DNA of 64,000 nt. It comes from Burkholderiaceae bacterium (GTDB taxonomy: Bacteria > Pseudomonadota > Gammaproteobacteria > Burkholderiales > Burkholderiaceae_C). The notes below the pieces were generated by a model. The model had not been told where the DNA came from, did no database searches, and saw only the letters and a list, made by a program, of their open reading frames with translations. Position 1 is the stretch's first letter. Each line of letters opens with the position of its first letter. Positions 1 to 9,806 of this stretch are shown here, piece after piece. The stretch is from assembly GCA_031538565.1 (NCBI GenBank), contig JAVKLS010000021.1:71024-135023 (forward strand), read 5' to 3'. Position numbers and translations under genes: made by a program.

Positions 1-1089
1 GGCAAGCTCCCCGAGCTTGAAAAACAATACAAAACCGCACAAGACAAAGAAGCAACCAGCAAAAACCAATCGACAAAATCGCGTCTGCTGCGAACGCAAG
101 TAGGCGCAGAAGAAATTGCCGAAGTGGTCAGCCGCGCCACAGGCATTCCCGTTGCCAAAATGCTGCAAGGCGAACGTGAAAAACTCTTGCACATGGAGTC
201 CAAGCTCCACGAGCGCGTGGTCGGTCAAGACCTTGCTATTGCTGCCGTAGCAAACGCTGTTAGGCGCTCACGCTCAGGTCTATCTGATCCCAACAAACCC
301 ACAGGCTCATTCTTATTTTTAGGACCCACAGGCGTTGGCAAAACCGAACTGTGCAAAGCTCTCGCATCGTTTTTGTTTGATAGCAGCGAACATCTCATTC
401 GCATCGACATGAGCGAATTTATGGAAAAGCACTCCGTCAGTCGCTTAATTGGTGCGCCTCCAGGCTACGTGGGATACGACGAAGGTGGCTACCTTACCGA
501 AGCTGTGCGCCGCAAACCCTACAGCGTCGTGCTATTTGATGAAATTGAAAAAGCACACCCCGATGTATTTAATGTGCTGTTGCAAGTGCTGGATGATGGT
601 CGCCTCACCGATGGGCAAGGTCGTACCGTGGACTTTAAAAACACGGTCATTGTGATGACCAGCAACATGGGATCACACATCATTCAAAACATGGTAGGAC
701 AAGACGCAGAAGCCATTAAAGAGACCGTGCTGGAGGAGCTTAAAAAATATATGCGCCCCGAGTTTTTAAACCGCATCGACGAAACAGTCGTCTTCCACGG
801 CTTGGACGCAGCCAACATCGGGTCAATTGCCAAAATCCAATTGCACACTTTGGTGGAGCGCCTTGCCAAAATGGACTATGTTCTGGACATATCGGAGACT
901 GCCATTGCCGAGCTTGCCAAGGTTGGATTTGACCCCGTGTTTGGTGCAAGACCACTCAAACGCGCCATCTCCCAGAGAATTGAAAACCCACTTGCCAAAC
1001 TGTTGCTAGAGGGTCGGTTTGAACCCAAGAGCACGATTCACGTGACGGTTGACCCAATACGCGATGCGGGCGTGTTTCAGTTTTCTTGA
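1..1089 (+). CDS. clpB: ClpB disaggregase, C-terminal part (5' end lies outside the window)
   Basis: Frame 1 is open from nt 1 ([10 protein letters not shown]...). It has the second AAA+ module with Walker [10 protein letters not shown], Walker [12 protein letters not shown] and GARPLKR in the C-terminal small domain. Confidence 0.95.
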   Translation, partial: GKLPELEKQYKTAQDKEATSKNQSTKSRLLRTQVGAEEIAEVVSRATGIPVAKMLQGEREKLLHMESKLHERVVGQDLAIAAVANAVRRSRSGLSDPNKPTGSFLFLGPTGVGKTELCKALASFLFDSSEHLIRIDMSEFMEKHSVSRLIGAPPGYVGYDEGGYLTEAVRRKPYSVVLFDEIEKAHPDVFNVLLQVLDDGRLTDGQGRTVDFKNTVIVMTSNMGSHIIQNMVGQDAEAIKETVLEELKKYMRPEFLNRIDETVVFHGLDAANIGSIAKIQLHTLVERLAKMDYVLDISETAIAELAKVGFDPVFGARPLKRAISQRIENPLAKLLLEGRFEPKSTIHVTVDPIRDAGVFQFS

Positions 1090-1211
1090 GGGTTGGATTA
1101 ATTATTTTGAACACTTGAACGGTCAAGCCGCGCTATCTGAGTTATGAGCAATTTCATTTGCTAAAAACAGGACAATTCATTTACTCCCTACAATTGCAAA
1201 CATCATCGTCA

Positions 1212-1227
1212 CATTACCACGGTAATG
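1212..1227. promoter_or_regulatory. Candidate operator palindrome upstream of the VapB-like gene
   Basis: Perfect inverted repeat CATTACC-AC-GGTAATG lies 16 nt upstream of the ATG at 1243. This is the usual position for type II TA autoregulation sites. Confidence 0.35.
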
Positions 1228-1242
1228 AAATAGAATGACTCC

Positions 1243-1509
1243 ATGTTAGAGATTCAAAGCAAACTCACGTCGCAAGGTCAAGTGTCTATTCCATCTGCTG
1301 TTCGCTCGGCACTGGGGGTGAAGCCTGGCGCAACGATTCGTTGGTCGATTGATGGCAATAAAGTCAGTGTGGAGCGACAAACACGAACCACAAATGAGGA
1401 TTTGCGTGCGGCCTTGTTCGGCAATGAAGTATTAGTCAAACCCAAAACGCTTGCAGAACTAAAAGAAGGTATCGGCCTTTACATTCAAGAGAAGTATGCT
1501 CGCCGTTGA
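1243..1509 (+). CDS. vapB: AbrB/SpoVT-fold antitoxin (VapB-like)
   Basis: 88 aa with a swapped-hairpin motif (SQGQVSIPSAVRSALGVKPG). Its 3' end overlaps the downstream PIN gene by 14 nt. Confidence 0.8.
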   Translation: MLEIQSKLTSQGQVSIPSAVRSALGVKPGATIRWSIDGNKVSVERQTRTTNEDLRAALFGNEVLVKPKTLAELKEGIGLYIQEKYARR

Positions 1510-1879
1510 TACCAATGTTTTGATCCGCGTCATGATTCAGGATGATGCGAACCAGTACAAAGCTGCCGCCGCCACTATTGAAGAGGGTGGATGGGTCTCG
1601 AATGTCGTGCTTGTAGAGGCAATGTGGGTGCTTAAGCAAATTTATGATCGATCCCCTGCTCAGCTTGCGTTGCTCATAAAAAGTTTGCTGACGCATGAGT
1701 CACTCGTCCTAGAAGACCCCGATGTCGTCCAAGATGCGCTTGCAGAATTTAAGCGCAAGCCTAAGCTGGGTTTTTCAGATTGCTTGGTGCTGGCAATTGC
1801 TAGAGCGGCGGGACACACACCGCTGGCTACTTTTGACAAAGCGTTAGCCAAATTGGCGAACACCAAACTCGCTCGCTAA
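1496..1879 (+). CDS. vapC: PIN-domain ribonuclease toxin (VapC-like)
   Basis: 127 aa with an N-terminal VDTNVLIR acidic motif and a later SDCLVLA motif, both typical of PIN. It overlaps the upstream antitoxin gene. Confidence 0.85.
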   Translation: MLAVDTNVLIRVMIQDDANQYKAAAATIEEGGWVSNVVLVEAMWVLKQIYDRSPAQLALLIKSLLTHESLVLEDPDVVQDALAEFKRKPKLGFSDCLVLAIARAAGHTPLATFDKALAKLANTKLAR

Positions 1880-1891
1880 CAGCCCGCTAGC

Positions 1892-2974
1892 TTACACGCG
1901 CTGCGCAAATGCCCAGCCCATTTCCGCCAGCGGTCTTGCGCCTTTAGCAGAGTTGATTGCTTGGGCGCTGGATGCGGTGCCCATTTCCAGGCGCTTGGCA
2001 ATGCCTTGCAAGATGCTGGCCAACCTAAATAAGTTGTAGGCAAGATAAAAGTTCCAATCCGCCTGCATTTGCGCGGGCGTGAGATAGCCCGTGCGTGCGC
2101 AGTAAGCAGCGATGTAGTCAGCTTCGGGCGGGATGCCAAGCGCCTTGTGATCTAGCCCACCAATACCGCGAAAGCTGCCAGGCGGAATGTGCCACGCCAT
2201 GCAGTGGTAACTGAAGTCAGCCAATGGGTGTCCCAGTGTCGAGAGCTCCCAGTCCAGCACCGCGATGATGCGGTTCTCGGTAGGATGAAACATCAGGTTA
2301 TCGAGTCGGTAGTCGCCGTGCACGATGGAGACGAGCGATTCGTCCTTGGCGGTTTCGGGTATGTGATTGGGCAACCATGCGATGAGCTGATCCATCTGTG
2401 TAATCGGCTGAGTGATGGATGCCTCGTATTGCCGCGTCCAGCGAGCGATAGAGCGCGCAAAGTAGTTGCCAGGCTTGCCGTAATTGGCAAGCCCCACATC
2501 CGCAAAGCGCACGCTGTGCAGCGCGGCTTGCACGCGGTTCATCTCATCATAAATTTCAGCGCGTTCTTGTTGGCTCATATTGGGCAATGATTGATCCCAC
2601 AGCACGCGCCCTTGCATCATCTCCATGATGAAAAAAGCGCGTCCAACCACGGTCTCGTCTTCGCACAGCGCCAGCATTTCTGGCACGGGAACATTGGTTT
2701 GGCTCAAACCTTGCATCACAGCAAATTCGCGCTCAATCGCGTGCGCCGATGGCAGCAGTTTGGCGGCGGCGCCTGGCTTGGCACGCATGACATAGCTGCG
2801 CGTGGGTGTGATGAGTTTGTACGTGGGGTTGGATTGACCGCCCTTAAACATTTCAATGCTCAGCGGTCCCTTAAAACCAGAGACATGACTTTCAAGCCAC
2901 GCCGTTAAAGCTTCGGCGTCGATGACGTGCTGCGTGGATACTGCGCGTGTGCCAACAAATTGGTCGTACTCCAT
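1892..2974 (-). CDS. Phosphotransferase-family protein (APH/choline-kinase-like kinase fold)
   Basis: Brenner motif HGDYRLDNLMF and DWELS are present. At 360 aa it matches the size of acyl-CoA-dehydrogenase-associated kinases. Confidence 0.85.
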   Translation of the reverse strand: MEYDQFVGTRAVSTQHVIDAEALTAWLESHVSGFKGPLSIEMFKGGQSNPTYKLITPTRSYVMRAKPGAAAKLLPSAHAIEREFAVMQGLSQTNVPVPEMLALCEDETVVGRAFFIMEMMQGRVLWDQSLPNMSQQERAEIYDEMNRVQAALHSVRFADVGLANYGKPGNYFARSIARWTRQYEASITQPITQMDQLIAWLPNHIPETAKDESLVSIVHGDYRLDNLMFHPTENRIIAVLDWELSTLGHPLADFSYHCMAWHIPPGSFRGIGGLDHKALGIPPEADYIAAYCARTGYLTPAQMQADWNFYLAYNLFRLASILQGIAKRLEMGTASSAQAINSAKGARPLAEMGWAFAQRV

Positions 2975-2994
2975 TTTTGTAGGCTCCGATAGGT

Positions 2995-3774
2995 TTAAGC
3001 AGAATGCGTTTCGGCACTAATGACCAACAGCAAATCGCGGCTGCGAATAACGATGCCGCCTGGTTCAATACGAATGGCCTCTTCGCGCTCCATACTTTTT
3101 AGCTCTTGATTGACGCGCTGACGCGATGCCCCCAGCAACTGCGCCAACTCCTCTTGCGCCAGATGCAAGCCGATGCGAAATTCATTCGGATGATTGAGCG
3201 CGGGCACACCGTAGCTGCGCTTGAGGTGGAGTAGCTGCTTGGCAAGACGTGCACGCAGCGGCAGCGTATTGAGGTCTTCAATCAAGCCAAATAATTGGCG
3301 TATGCGCCGCGCTTGTAAGCGCAGCAAAGCATCGTAGAACTCGACGTGCACGGCGAGTATTTTTTGAAAGTCGGCGCGGCTAACGCACACAATGGTGGTG
3401 TCGCCGTGGGCATAGACATCGTGCGTACGTTTATCACCATCAAGAATAGACACATCACCAAACCAGATGCCAGGCTCTAGATACGCAAAAATAATTTGCT
3501 TGCCCACCAACGAGGTGGAGCTCACCCGCACAGCGCCTTTAGCACAAGCAATCCACTCGGTAGCAGGTTCGCCGCGCGCAGAGATCAAATCTCCGTCGTG
3601 GAAACGCTTGACGTAAATGCAGCGCAAGATGTCGTGCCGCAGCGCGGGCGAGAGCGTACCAAACCAACGTCCTGTGTTGATGGCTGCACGCTCTTCGGGT
3701 GTGATGAGGGGTTCTTGTTCGCTCTCACCTTCTGAGAGGTGATTTTCTTGATCAATATGACGGTTAGATCGCAT
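2995..3774 (-). CDS. Crp/Fnr-family transcriptional regulator
   Basis: cNMP-binding beta-barrel region followed by a C-terminal HTH (QEELAQLLGASRQRVNQELKSM). Confidence 0.85.
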   Translation of the reverse strand: MRSNRHIDQENHLSEGESEQEPLITPEERAAINTGRWFGTLSPALRHDILRCIYVKRFHDGDLISARGEPATEWIACAKGAVRVSSTSLVGKQIIFAYLEPGIWFGDVSILDGDKRTHDVYAHGDTTIVCVSRADFQKILAVHVEFYDALLRLQARRIRQLFGLIEDLNTLPLRARLAKQLLHLKRSYGVPALNHPNEFRIGLHLAQEELAQLLGASRQRVNQELKSMEREEAIRIEPGGIVIRSRDLLLVISAETHSA

Positions 3775-3779
3775 CGTGC

Positions 3780-4562
3780 TTAACTTTTGTAATGAGGTGT
3801 GCGTTTAGCGAGAAAAGCGGTAATGCCCTCCAAGCTGTTGGCATGGTGAAGATTGTCAACAAAATAGTCGCGCTCTTTTTGCAGCTGCACGTGCAAGTCA
3901 TTTGCTTTTGCGCTTTGCACCAAATCTTTGATGCTGGCAAGCACATTAGGGGCTCGGCTATTGAGCTGCAAAGCCAAGCCGTTAGCACTCTTCAGCGCAT
4001 CGCCCGCATCGGCGAGCTGATTGATAAGACCGAGTTGATAGAGGCGCTCGGCACTTTGGCGCTCACCCGTCATCAGCCACTCCATTGCCAAATTGGCGGG
4101 GAGTTTATGCGTTAGGTTCCAGCTTGCACCGCCGTCGGGCGAGAGCGCAACCGTGCTGTAGGACATGACGAATAGACTGTTACGCGCAGCGACTAAAAAA
4201 TCGCAAGCCAGCGCCAAAGAAAACCCAGCACCCGCCGCCGCGCCTTCAACCGCTGCAATGATGGGCTTGGGGTAAGTGCAAATGCATTCAATGAAACTGT
4301 GCAATCCTTCAATGCTTTGGCGCTGCACATCCTTGACTTGTTCGCGATTGGCAAGCAGGCGATTTAAATTTCCGCCCGCACAAAAATGCGCACCTTCGCC
4401 TGTAATGATGACCGAGCGCACATCAGGATTGCGCTCCGCTGCGCTTAAGGCTTCAATGCCAGCCGCGTACATCTCAGGACCCAAGGCATTACGCATTTCT
4501 GGGTTGCTAATCGTCAGGACAAGCGTCTGCCCCTGGGTGGAGGTTTTAAGCTGCGCGGTCAT
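3780..4562 (-). CDS. Enoyl-CoA hydratase/isomerase family protein
   Basis: Crotonase signatures FCAGGNL and AAVEGAAAGAGFSLALACD. It overlaps the upstream dehydrogenase gene by 4 nt. Confidence 0.85.
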   Translation of the reverse strand: MTAQLKTSTQGQTLVLTISNPEMRNALGPEMYAAGIEALSAAERNPDVRSVIITGEGAHFCAGGNLNRLLANREQVKDVQRQSIEGLHSFIECICTYPKPIIAAVEGAAAGAGFSLALACDFLVAARNSLFVMSYSTVALSPDGGASWNLTHKLPANLAMEWLMTGERQSAERLYQLGLINQLADAGDALKSANGLALQLNSRAPNVLASIKDLVQSAKANDLHVQLQKERDYFVDNLHHANSLEGITAFLAKRTPHYKS

Positions 4563-6088
4563 GCTTCACTTTGCATCAAGCTCAATCCCAAAGCGCCGCG
4601 CCTGCGCAGCCAAGGACTTGGACGATAACGCGAATCACCATACACGGTTTGCATATTGAATAACACCTCGAGCACATTGGCTGGGCCAAGGTGATTACCC
4701 ATTGCCAAAGGGCCGCGTGGATAGCCCAATCCCAGCGTGACGGCAAGCTCTAAATCGGACGGGGTGCAAACGCTTTGTTGGCACATATCGGCGGCAATGT
4801 TGATGATGGTTGCGACCACTCGCTGCGTCACAAAACCCGCGCTGTCGCGAATAATGCTGACGGCTTTGCCGTCACGAGCAAAAAGCGCATGCGCAGCGTC
4901 CCGCATATCGGGACGTGTCATGGGATTGGTTGCCAGCACACGGCGGCGCGTTTCTTTGTCGTCCACCAGCATATCAATGCCTACCGTGCGTGCGGGGTCG
5001 AGCCGCTCGACGACGGCAACCGTAGTCACGTCAAAGCCTAGCGGCGCAACCAAGGTGAGCGCTTCGCTGGACGGCGACTGCCCCGTTTCAATTTTTGCAC
5101 CCAAGTCTTTTAGCAATTGCAAAAGCTCGCTGCGCCGCGCTGCACGGGTGCTCACCCACACAGGCGGCATCTGATCGACTTGTGGCGGCAAAGCTTCGGC
5201 AGCAATAACCGCCGTGCCGTCGTTGTAGGCATAAAAACCTGCGCCTACTTTTTTGCCCACTACGCCGCCATCCAAGCGCTGCTTGGTAATGACGCTTGGA
5301 CGATAACGTGGCTCATCAAAATACTGACGGTAAATAGACTCCATGACGGGGTGCGACACATCAAGCGCTGTTAAATCCATCAACTCAAAAGGTCCCAGCT
5401 TAAAACCAACTTGGTCGCGCAAAATGCGGTCGATGGTGACGAAGTCGGTCACACTCTCGCCCACCACGCGCAGGGCCTCCGTACCGTAACCACGCCCCGC
5501 GTGGTTCACGATAAAGCCTGGCGTATCGCCCGCCGTCACAGGCGTGTGTCCCATTTGTTTGGCGTAGCTACTTAGCTGCTCGCACACGTTGCCAGACGTT
5601 TGCAGTCCTGCAATCACTTCCACCACCTTCATCAAAGGCACAGGATTAAAAAAATGATATCCCGCAAAACGCTGGGGATGCTTAAGTCCCGCAGCGATAG
5701 CGGTGACGGAGAGCGACGAGGTATTGGTAGCCAGTACGCAATCGGCGCGGACAACGGCTTCTAAATCGGCAAAGAGTTGGCGCTTGATATCTAAACGCTC
5801 GACGATGGCTTCCACCACAAAATCACAATCAACCAAGTCACTCAGCGACGGGCTTGGCACAAGGCGCGACTTGTAGGCACGAACCGCATCGTCGGTCAGC
5901 CTACCTTTGGTTACCAGCTTGTCCCATTGCTCCGAAATAGCGGCAATGGCTTTAGCCGCCGCGCTTGATTGCGTATCAAAAAGCCGCACCGTGCTGCCTG
6001 CTTGCGCGGCAATTTGTGCAATGCCGCGTCCCATAGCGCCCGTACCAACGAGTCCCACAGTTTTAAAAGTTAAAGAATTCATTGTCAT
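4559..6088 (-). CDS. 3-hydroxyacyl-CoA dehydrogenase (long, ~509 aa form)
   Basis: N-terminal Rossmann motif VGLVGTGAMGRGIA, the HFFNP motif, and a duplicated C-terminal 3HCDH domain. Confidence 0.85.
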   Translation of the reverse strand: MTMNSLTFKTVGLVGTGAMGRGIAQIAAQAGSTVRLFDTQSSAAAKAIAAISEQWDKLVTKGRLTDDAVRAYKSRLVPSPSLSDLVDCDFVVEAIVERLDIKRQLFADLEAVVRADCVLATNTSSLSVTAIAAGLKHPQRFAGYHFFNPVPLMKVVEVIAGLQTSGNVCEQLSSYAKQMGHTPVTAGDTPGFIVNHAGRGYGTEALRVVGESVTDFVTIDRILRDQVGFKLGPFELMDLTALDVSHPVMESIYRQYFDEPRYRPSVITKQRLDGGVVGKKVGAGFYAYNDGTAVIAAEALPPQVDQMPPVWVSTRAARRSELLQLLKDLGAKIETGQSPSSEALTLVAPLGFDVTTVAVVERLDPARTVGIDMLVDDKETRRRVLATNPMTRPDMRDAAHALFARDGKAVSIIRDSAGFVTQRVVATIINIAADMCQQSVCTPSDLELAVTLGLGYPRGPLAMGNHLGPANVLEVLFNMQTVYGDSRYRPSPWLRRRGALGLSLMQSEA

Positions 6089-6179
6089 GTTCGTATTTAT
6101 CCTAGTCCGTAATTATCAGCTTGCCGTTTAAGATGCAAACCTGTGTTTATACCTACTCTCTACGCAACAAGGATGCACG

Positions 6180-6875
6180 ATGACGCTCAAACTCTGTGGC
6201 TTTTCTGCCAGTAATTACTACAACAAAATCAAATTGCAGCTGCTAGAAAAAGGCGTCTCGTTTGAAGAGGAGTTGGTCTATACGGGCAGCACACATCCTA
6301 AGCTGATGGCGCGCTCGCCGATGGGCAAGGTGCCGTTTTTAGATACGCCACAGGGCGCTGTTTCCGAATCTAGCGCCTGCGCCGAATACATCGAGGCCAC
6401 TTACCCCGAGCATCCGCTTTTACCTGCCAGCCCCTATGCCGCCGCCAAAGTGCGCGAGTTCATTGCGCATTTAGAACTAGACCTTGAACTGGTCGCCCGC
6501 GTGCTGCACGTAGAGGCGCTGTGGGGAGGCAAACTCAGCGATGCCGTCAAAGAGCGCCAACGCAAACTGCTGGATAAAGGCATTGCTGCACTTGCGCCGC
6601 TGTGCCAGTTTTCGCCTTTTGTGCTGGGCGAGGCATTCACACTGGCGGACTGCGCCGCGGTCGCTCATATGCCTTTAATCGGCATGACGACAAAAATCAT
6701 TTACGGCGAAGACTTGCTGGCAAGCGCCGTCCCGTACAAAGACTACATCAAGCGTTTAAGCGATCGTCCCGCAGTTGCCAAGGTGAGCGCCGATCGCAAA
6801 GAAAACGCCGAGGCTTTTGCCGCCAAAGTGCGGGCGCAAGTAGAGGCCGCAAAACAGGCACAAGCAGCGAGTTAA
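6180..6875 (+). CDS. Glutathione S-transferase family protein
   Basis: GST N-terminal thioredoxin-like fold (KLCGFSASNYYNKIKL..., GKVPFL) followed by a helical C-terminal domain. Confidence 0.8.
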   Translation: MTLKLCGFSASNYYNKIKLQLLEKGVSFEEELVYTGSTHPKLMARSPMGKVPFLDTPQGAVSESSACAEYIEATYPEHPLLPASPYAAAKVREFIAHLELDLELVARVLHVEALWGGKLSDAVKERQRKLLDKGIAALAPLCQFSPFVLGEAFTLADCAAVAHMPLIGMTTKIIYGEDLLASAVPYKDYIKRLSDRPAVAKVSADRKENAEAFAAKVRAQVEAAKQAQAAS

Positions 6876-6900
6876 TTTGCGCCGCTGACTACTTTGATCT

Positions 6901-8676
6901 TTAATGATTGTCCCTAGGCACAAACGCCCCGCGCTTGCCGCGCAAGAAATCTAAATCCACACCTTCATCGGCTTGCAGCACGGTGTCTTGATAGAGCTTC
7001 CAATAACCCGAAGTCAGTTTGGGCGTTAGTGGTGTCCATGCTTTGAGGCGGCGGGCAATTTCTTCGTCACTCACGTGCAGATGCAAACTGCGTCCCGCCA
7101 CATCTAGCGTAATGAGGTCTCCGTTTTGCACAATCGCAAGCGCGCCGCCTGCTGCGGCTTCGGGCGCAGCGTGCAGCACGGTTGTGCCGTAGGCCGTGCC
7201 ACTCATACGGGCATCGCTCACGCGCACCATATCGGTGACGCCTTTGCGTAGTAATTTTTGCGGCAGCGGCATATTGCCTACTTCCGCCATACCTGGATAA
7301 CCTTTGGGGCCGCAGTTTTTGAGCACCATCACGCAGGTTTCGTCGATATCTAAATCTTCGTTATCTACTGTTTTGTGGAACTCTTCAATGCTTTCAAAGA
7401 CCACGGCGCGCCCTGTATGCTGGAGCAGCGCGGGCGTGGCAGCGCTAGGTTTGATGACTGCACCGCGCGGGCACAAATTGCCACGCAAAATCACAATGCC
7501 CGCTTTGTCTTTAAAAGGCTTACCCAGGGGCATGATGACTTCGGGGTTGTGGTTCACCGCATCCGCAATGTTTTCGCCAATCGTCAACCCATTCGCGGTG
7601 AGCGCATCCAAATGCAAATGCGCTTGAATTTCTTTCATCACCACAGACAATCCACCTGCGTAGCAAAAGTCTTCCATCAAGTGTTTGCCGCTAGGCTGCA
7701 AATTAACCAAACAAGGCAAGTCGCTGCCCAAGCGATCAAAGTCTTCTAGTTTGAGATCAACACCAAGCCGCCCCGCCATGGCAATTAAGTGAATGACGGC
7801 GTTAGTAGATCCGCCAATGGCCGCCAGCGTTTTGATAGCGTTTTCAAAGGCGCTACGCGTCAAAATTTGTGAGATTTTGATGTCTTGTTTAACCAAGTCC
7901 ACAATGCGCCGCCCCGCCATTCGTGCGAGCACGTTGCGCCTGCCGTCCACCGCTGGGTACGCCGCATTGCCTGGCAGACCAAGCCCCAGCGCCTCGACCA
8001 TACTAGCCATGGTGGACGCTGTGCCCATTGTCATGCAGTGCCCGTGACTGCGATGCATGCAGCTTTCGGCCTCAAAAAATTCTTCTAATTTGAGCGTGCC
8101 TGCGCGAACTTGCTCGCTCATGCTCCACACGCCAGTGCCACTGCCAAGATTTTGGTCGCGCAATTTACCATTGAGCATTGGTCCACCCGACACGCCAATT
8201 GTGGGTAAGTCAGCACTGGCAGCCCCCATCACAAGACTTGGCGTCGTTTTGTCGCAACCCATTAAGAGCACCACACCGTCAATGGGGTTGCCGCGAATCG
8301 ACTCCTCTACATCCATGCTGGCCAAGTTGCGATACAGCATGGCCGTAGGACGCAACAGCGTCTCGCCAAGACTCATCACAGGGAATTCCAGCGGAAAACC
8401 ACCCGCTTCGTACACGCCAATTTTTACCTGCTCGGCAATGGTTCGAAAGTGCGAGTTGCACGGCGTGAGCTCGGAAAAAGTATTGCAAATACCAATGACA
8501 GGGCGGCCATCAAATTGATCATGCGGCACACCCTTGCCTTTCACCCATGAGCGATAGGCAAAGCCATCGCGATCTTTTCTGCCAAACCACGCTTGGCTGC
8601 GCAGCTTGGAGTCCACGTTCGGGTTATGGCTCATCCCTTGCGGCGTGTTTGGTGGTGGTGATTTGCTGTCCGTCAT
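6901..8676 (-). CDS. IlvD/Edd-family dehydratase (sugar-acid / aldonate dehydratase-like)
   Basis: Motifs CDKTTPS, GGSTNAVIHL and SGTAYG in 591 aa. The context (2-hydroxyacid dehydrogenase plus sugar ABC transporter) fits aldonate catabolism better than ilvD. Confidence 0.85.
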   Translation of the reverse strand: MTDSKSPPPNTPQGMSHNPNVDSKLRSQAWFGRKDRDGFAYRSWVKGKGVPHDQFDGRPVIGICNTFSELTPCNSHFRTIAEQVKIGVYEAGGFPLEFPVMSLGETLLRPTAMLYRNLASMDVEESIRGNPIDGVVLLMGCDKTTPSLVMGAASADLPTIGVSGGPMLNGKLRDQNLGSGTGVWSMSEQVRAGTLKLEEFFEAESCMHRSHGHCMTMGTASTMASMVEALGLGLPGNAAYPAVDGRRNVLARMAGRRIVDLVKQDIKISQILTRSAFENAIKTLAAIGGSTNAVIHLIAMAGRLGVDLKLEDFDRLGSDLPCLVNLQPSGKHLMEDFCYAGGLSVVMKEIQAHLHLDALTANGLTIGENIADAVNHNPEVIMPLGKPFKDKAGIVILRGNLCPRGAVIKPSAATPALLQHTGRAVVFESIEEFHKTVDNEDLDIDETCVMVLKNCGPKGYPGMAEVGNMPLPQKLLRKGVTDMVRVSDARMSGTAYGTTVLHAAPEAAAGGALAIVQNGDLITLDVAGRSLHLHVSDEEIARRLKAWTPLTPKLTSGYWKLYQDTVLQADEGVDLDFLRGKRGAFVPRDNH

Positions 8677-8747
8677 GTTGCACTTTCAAAAAATAATGAC
8701 TCGATTGTGGGCATACTGCACTACTTTCGACTCTACACTACCGTGCC

Positions 8748-9716
8748 ATGAACACCAATAAATCTGATGTACTTTTAGTTACACCCTTGCCGCCTTATGC
8801 ACGCGAACAATTAGATGCCCACTACACCGTGCACGACCGCACACACGTAAGCGACCCGGGCGCTTTTAAAGCTTTGGTTGCGCCGCGCATCCGTGCAATC
8901 GTGGGTCCAGGCGACGGCAAAGTGCCGCGCGAACTGATGAAACAAATTCCTAATCTGCAAATGGTGTCAATCATCGGCGTGGGCTATGACGGCGTCGATA
9001 TTGCTGCTGCCAATGAGCGCGGAATCAAAGTCACGCACACCCCCAACGTGCTAAACGACGACGTGGCCGACTTGGCTCTGGCGCTGGTACTATGCGCCGC
9101 ACGTCGCCTGCCGCAAGCCGACCAATACGTACGCAAAGGTTTATGGGCCGCCCAAGGTGCTATGGCTTTGCAGCGCAAGGTCAGCGGCGCACGCGCAGGC
9201 ATTGTGGGTATGGGACGCATCGGCAAAACCATTGCCAAACGCTGCCAGGCATTTGATATGCCCGTAAGCTACACAGCACGCTCAATCAAACACGATTTGC
9301 CATTTCACTTTTATCCAAGCGCAAAAGAGCTCGCGGCGAATGTGGACTTTTTAATCGTCATTACCCCAGGCGGCGCATCGACCAAACACATGATTAATGC
9401 GGAAGTGCTTGCAGCGCTGGGCAAAGGGCGGGGCGAAGGTTACCTAATCAACGTTGCGCGAGGCAGTGTGGTTGATCAGCCAGCGCTCATTACCGCGCTG
9501 CAAAACAAAACCATTGCAGGCGCGGGGCTAGATGTATTTGATGGTGAGCCTGCTGTACCCGAGGCGTTATGCGCGCTGGATACCGTCACCTTGTTACCGC
9601 ACGTGGGCAGCGCCACTGTGGCCACGCGCCAAGCAATGGCTGACTTAGCTCTGCAAAACCTAGCTAACTTTTTTGCTGGCAAGCCTTTAGTGACGCCTGT
9701 GCCTGAGTGCCAATAA
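8748..9716 (+). CDS. D-isomer-specific 2-hydroxyacid dehydrogenase (glyoxylate/hydroxypyruvate reductase-like)
   Basis: NAD-binding motif GIVGMGRIGKTIAKR and catalytic-region motifs (NVARGSVVD, HVGSAT). Confidence 0.85.
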   Translation: MNTNKSDVLLVTPLPPYAREQLDAHYTVHDRTHVSDPGAFKALVAPRIRAIVGPGDGKVPRELMKQIPNLQMVSIIGVGYDGVDIAAANERGIKVTHTPNVLNDDVADLALALVLCAARRLPQADQYVRKGLWAAQGAMALQRKVSGARAGIVGMGRIGKTIAKRCQAFDMPVSYTARSIKHDLPFHFYPSAKELAANVDFLIVITPGGASTKHMINAEVLAALGKGRGEGYLINVARGSVVDQPALITALQNKTIAGAGLDVFDGEPAVPEALCALDTVTLLPHVGSATVATRQAMADLALQNLANFFAGKPLVTPVPECQ

Positions 9717-9806
9717 AAAGCGGCGAACCGCCTAGGAAAACACCTAGGCACGCACCGCGAAAAATCTTTTAGGATGACGTTATCATTTTTTTATAAAGGG
9801 GATTCC

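Noticed and set aside
9774-9806. N-terminal extensions of track ORFs (for example 9774, 14480, 16184, 32008, 39899, 40623, 50730, 58311, 59353 and 59816).
   Set aside because: The extensions overlap upstream genes or regulatory sites, often start at TTG or GTG, and precede better internal ATGs with Shine-Dalgarno sequences or signal peptides. The shorter models were adopted.
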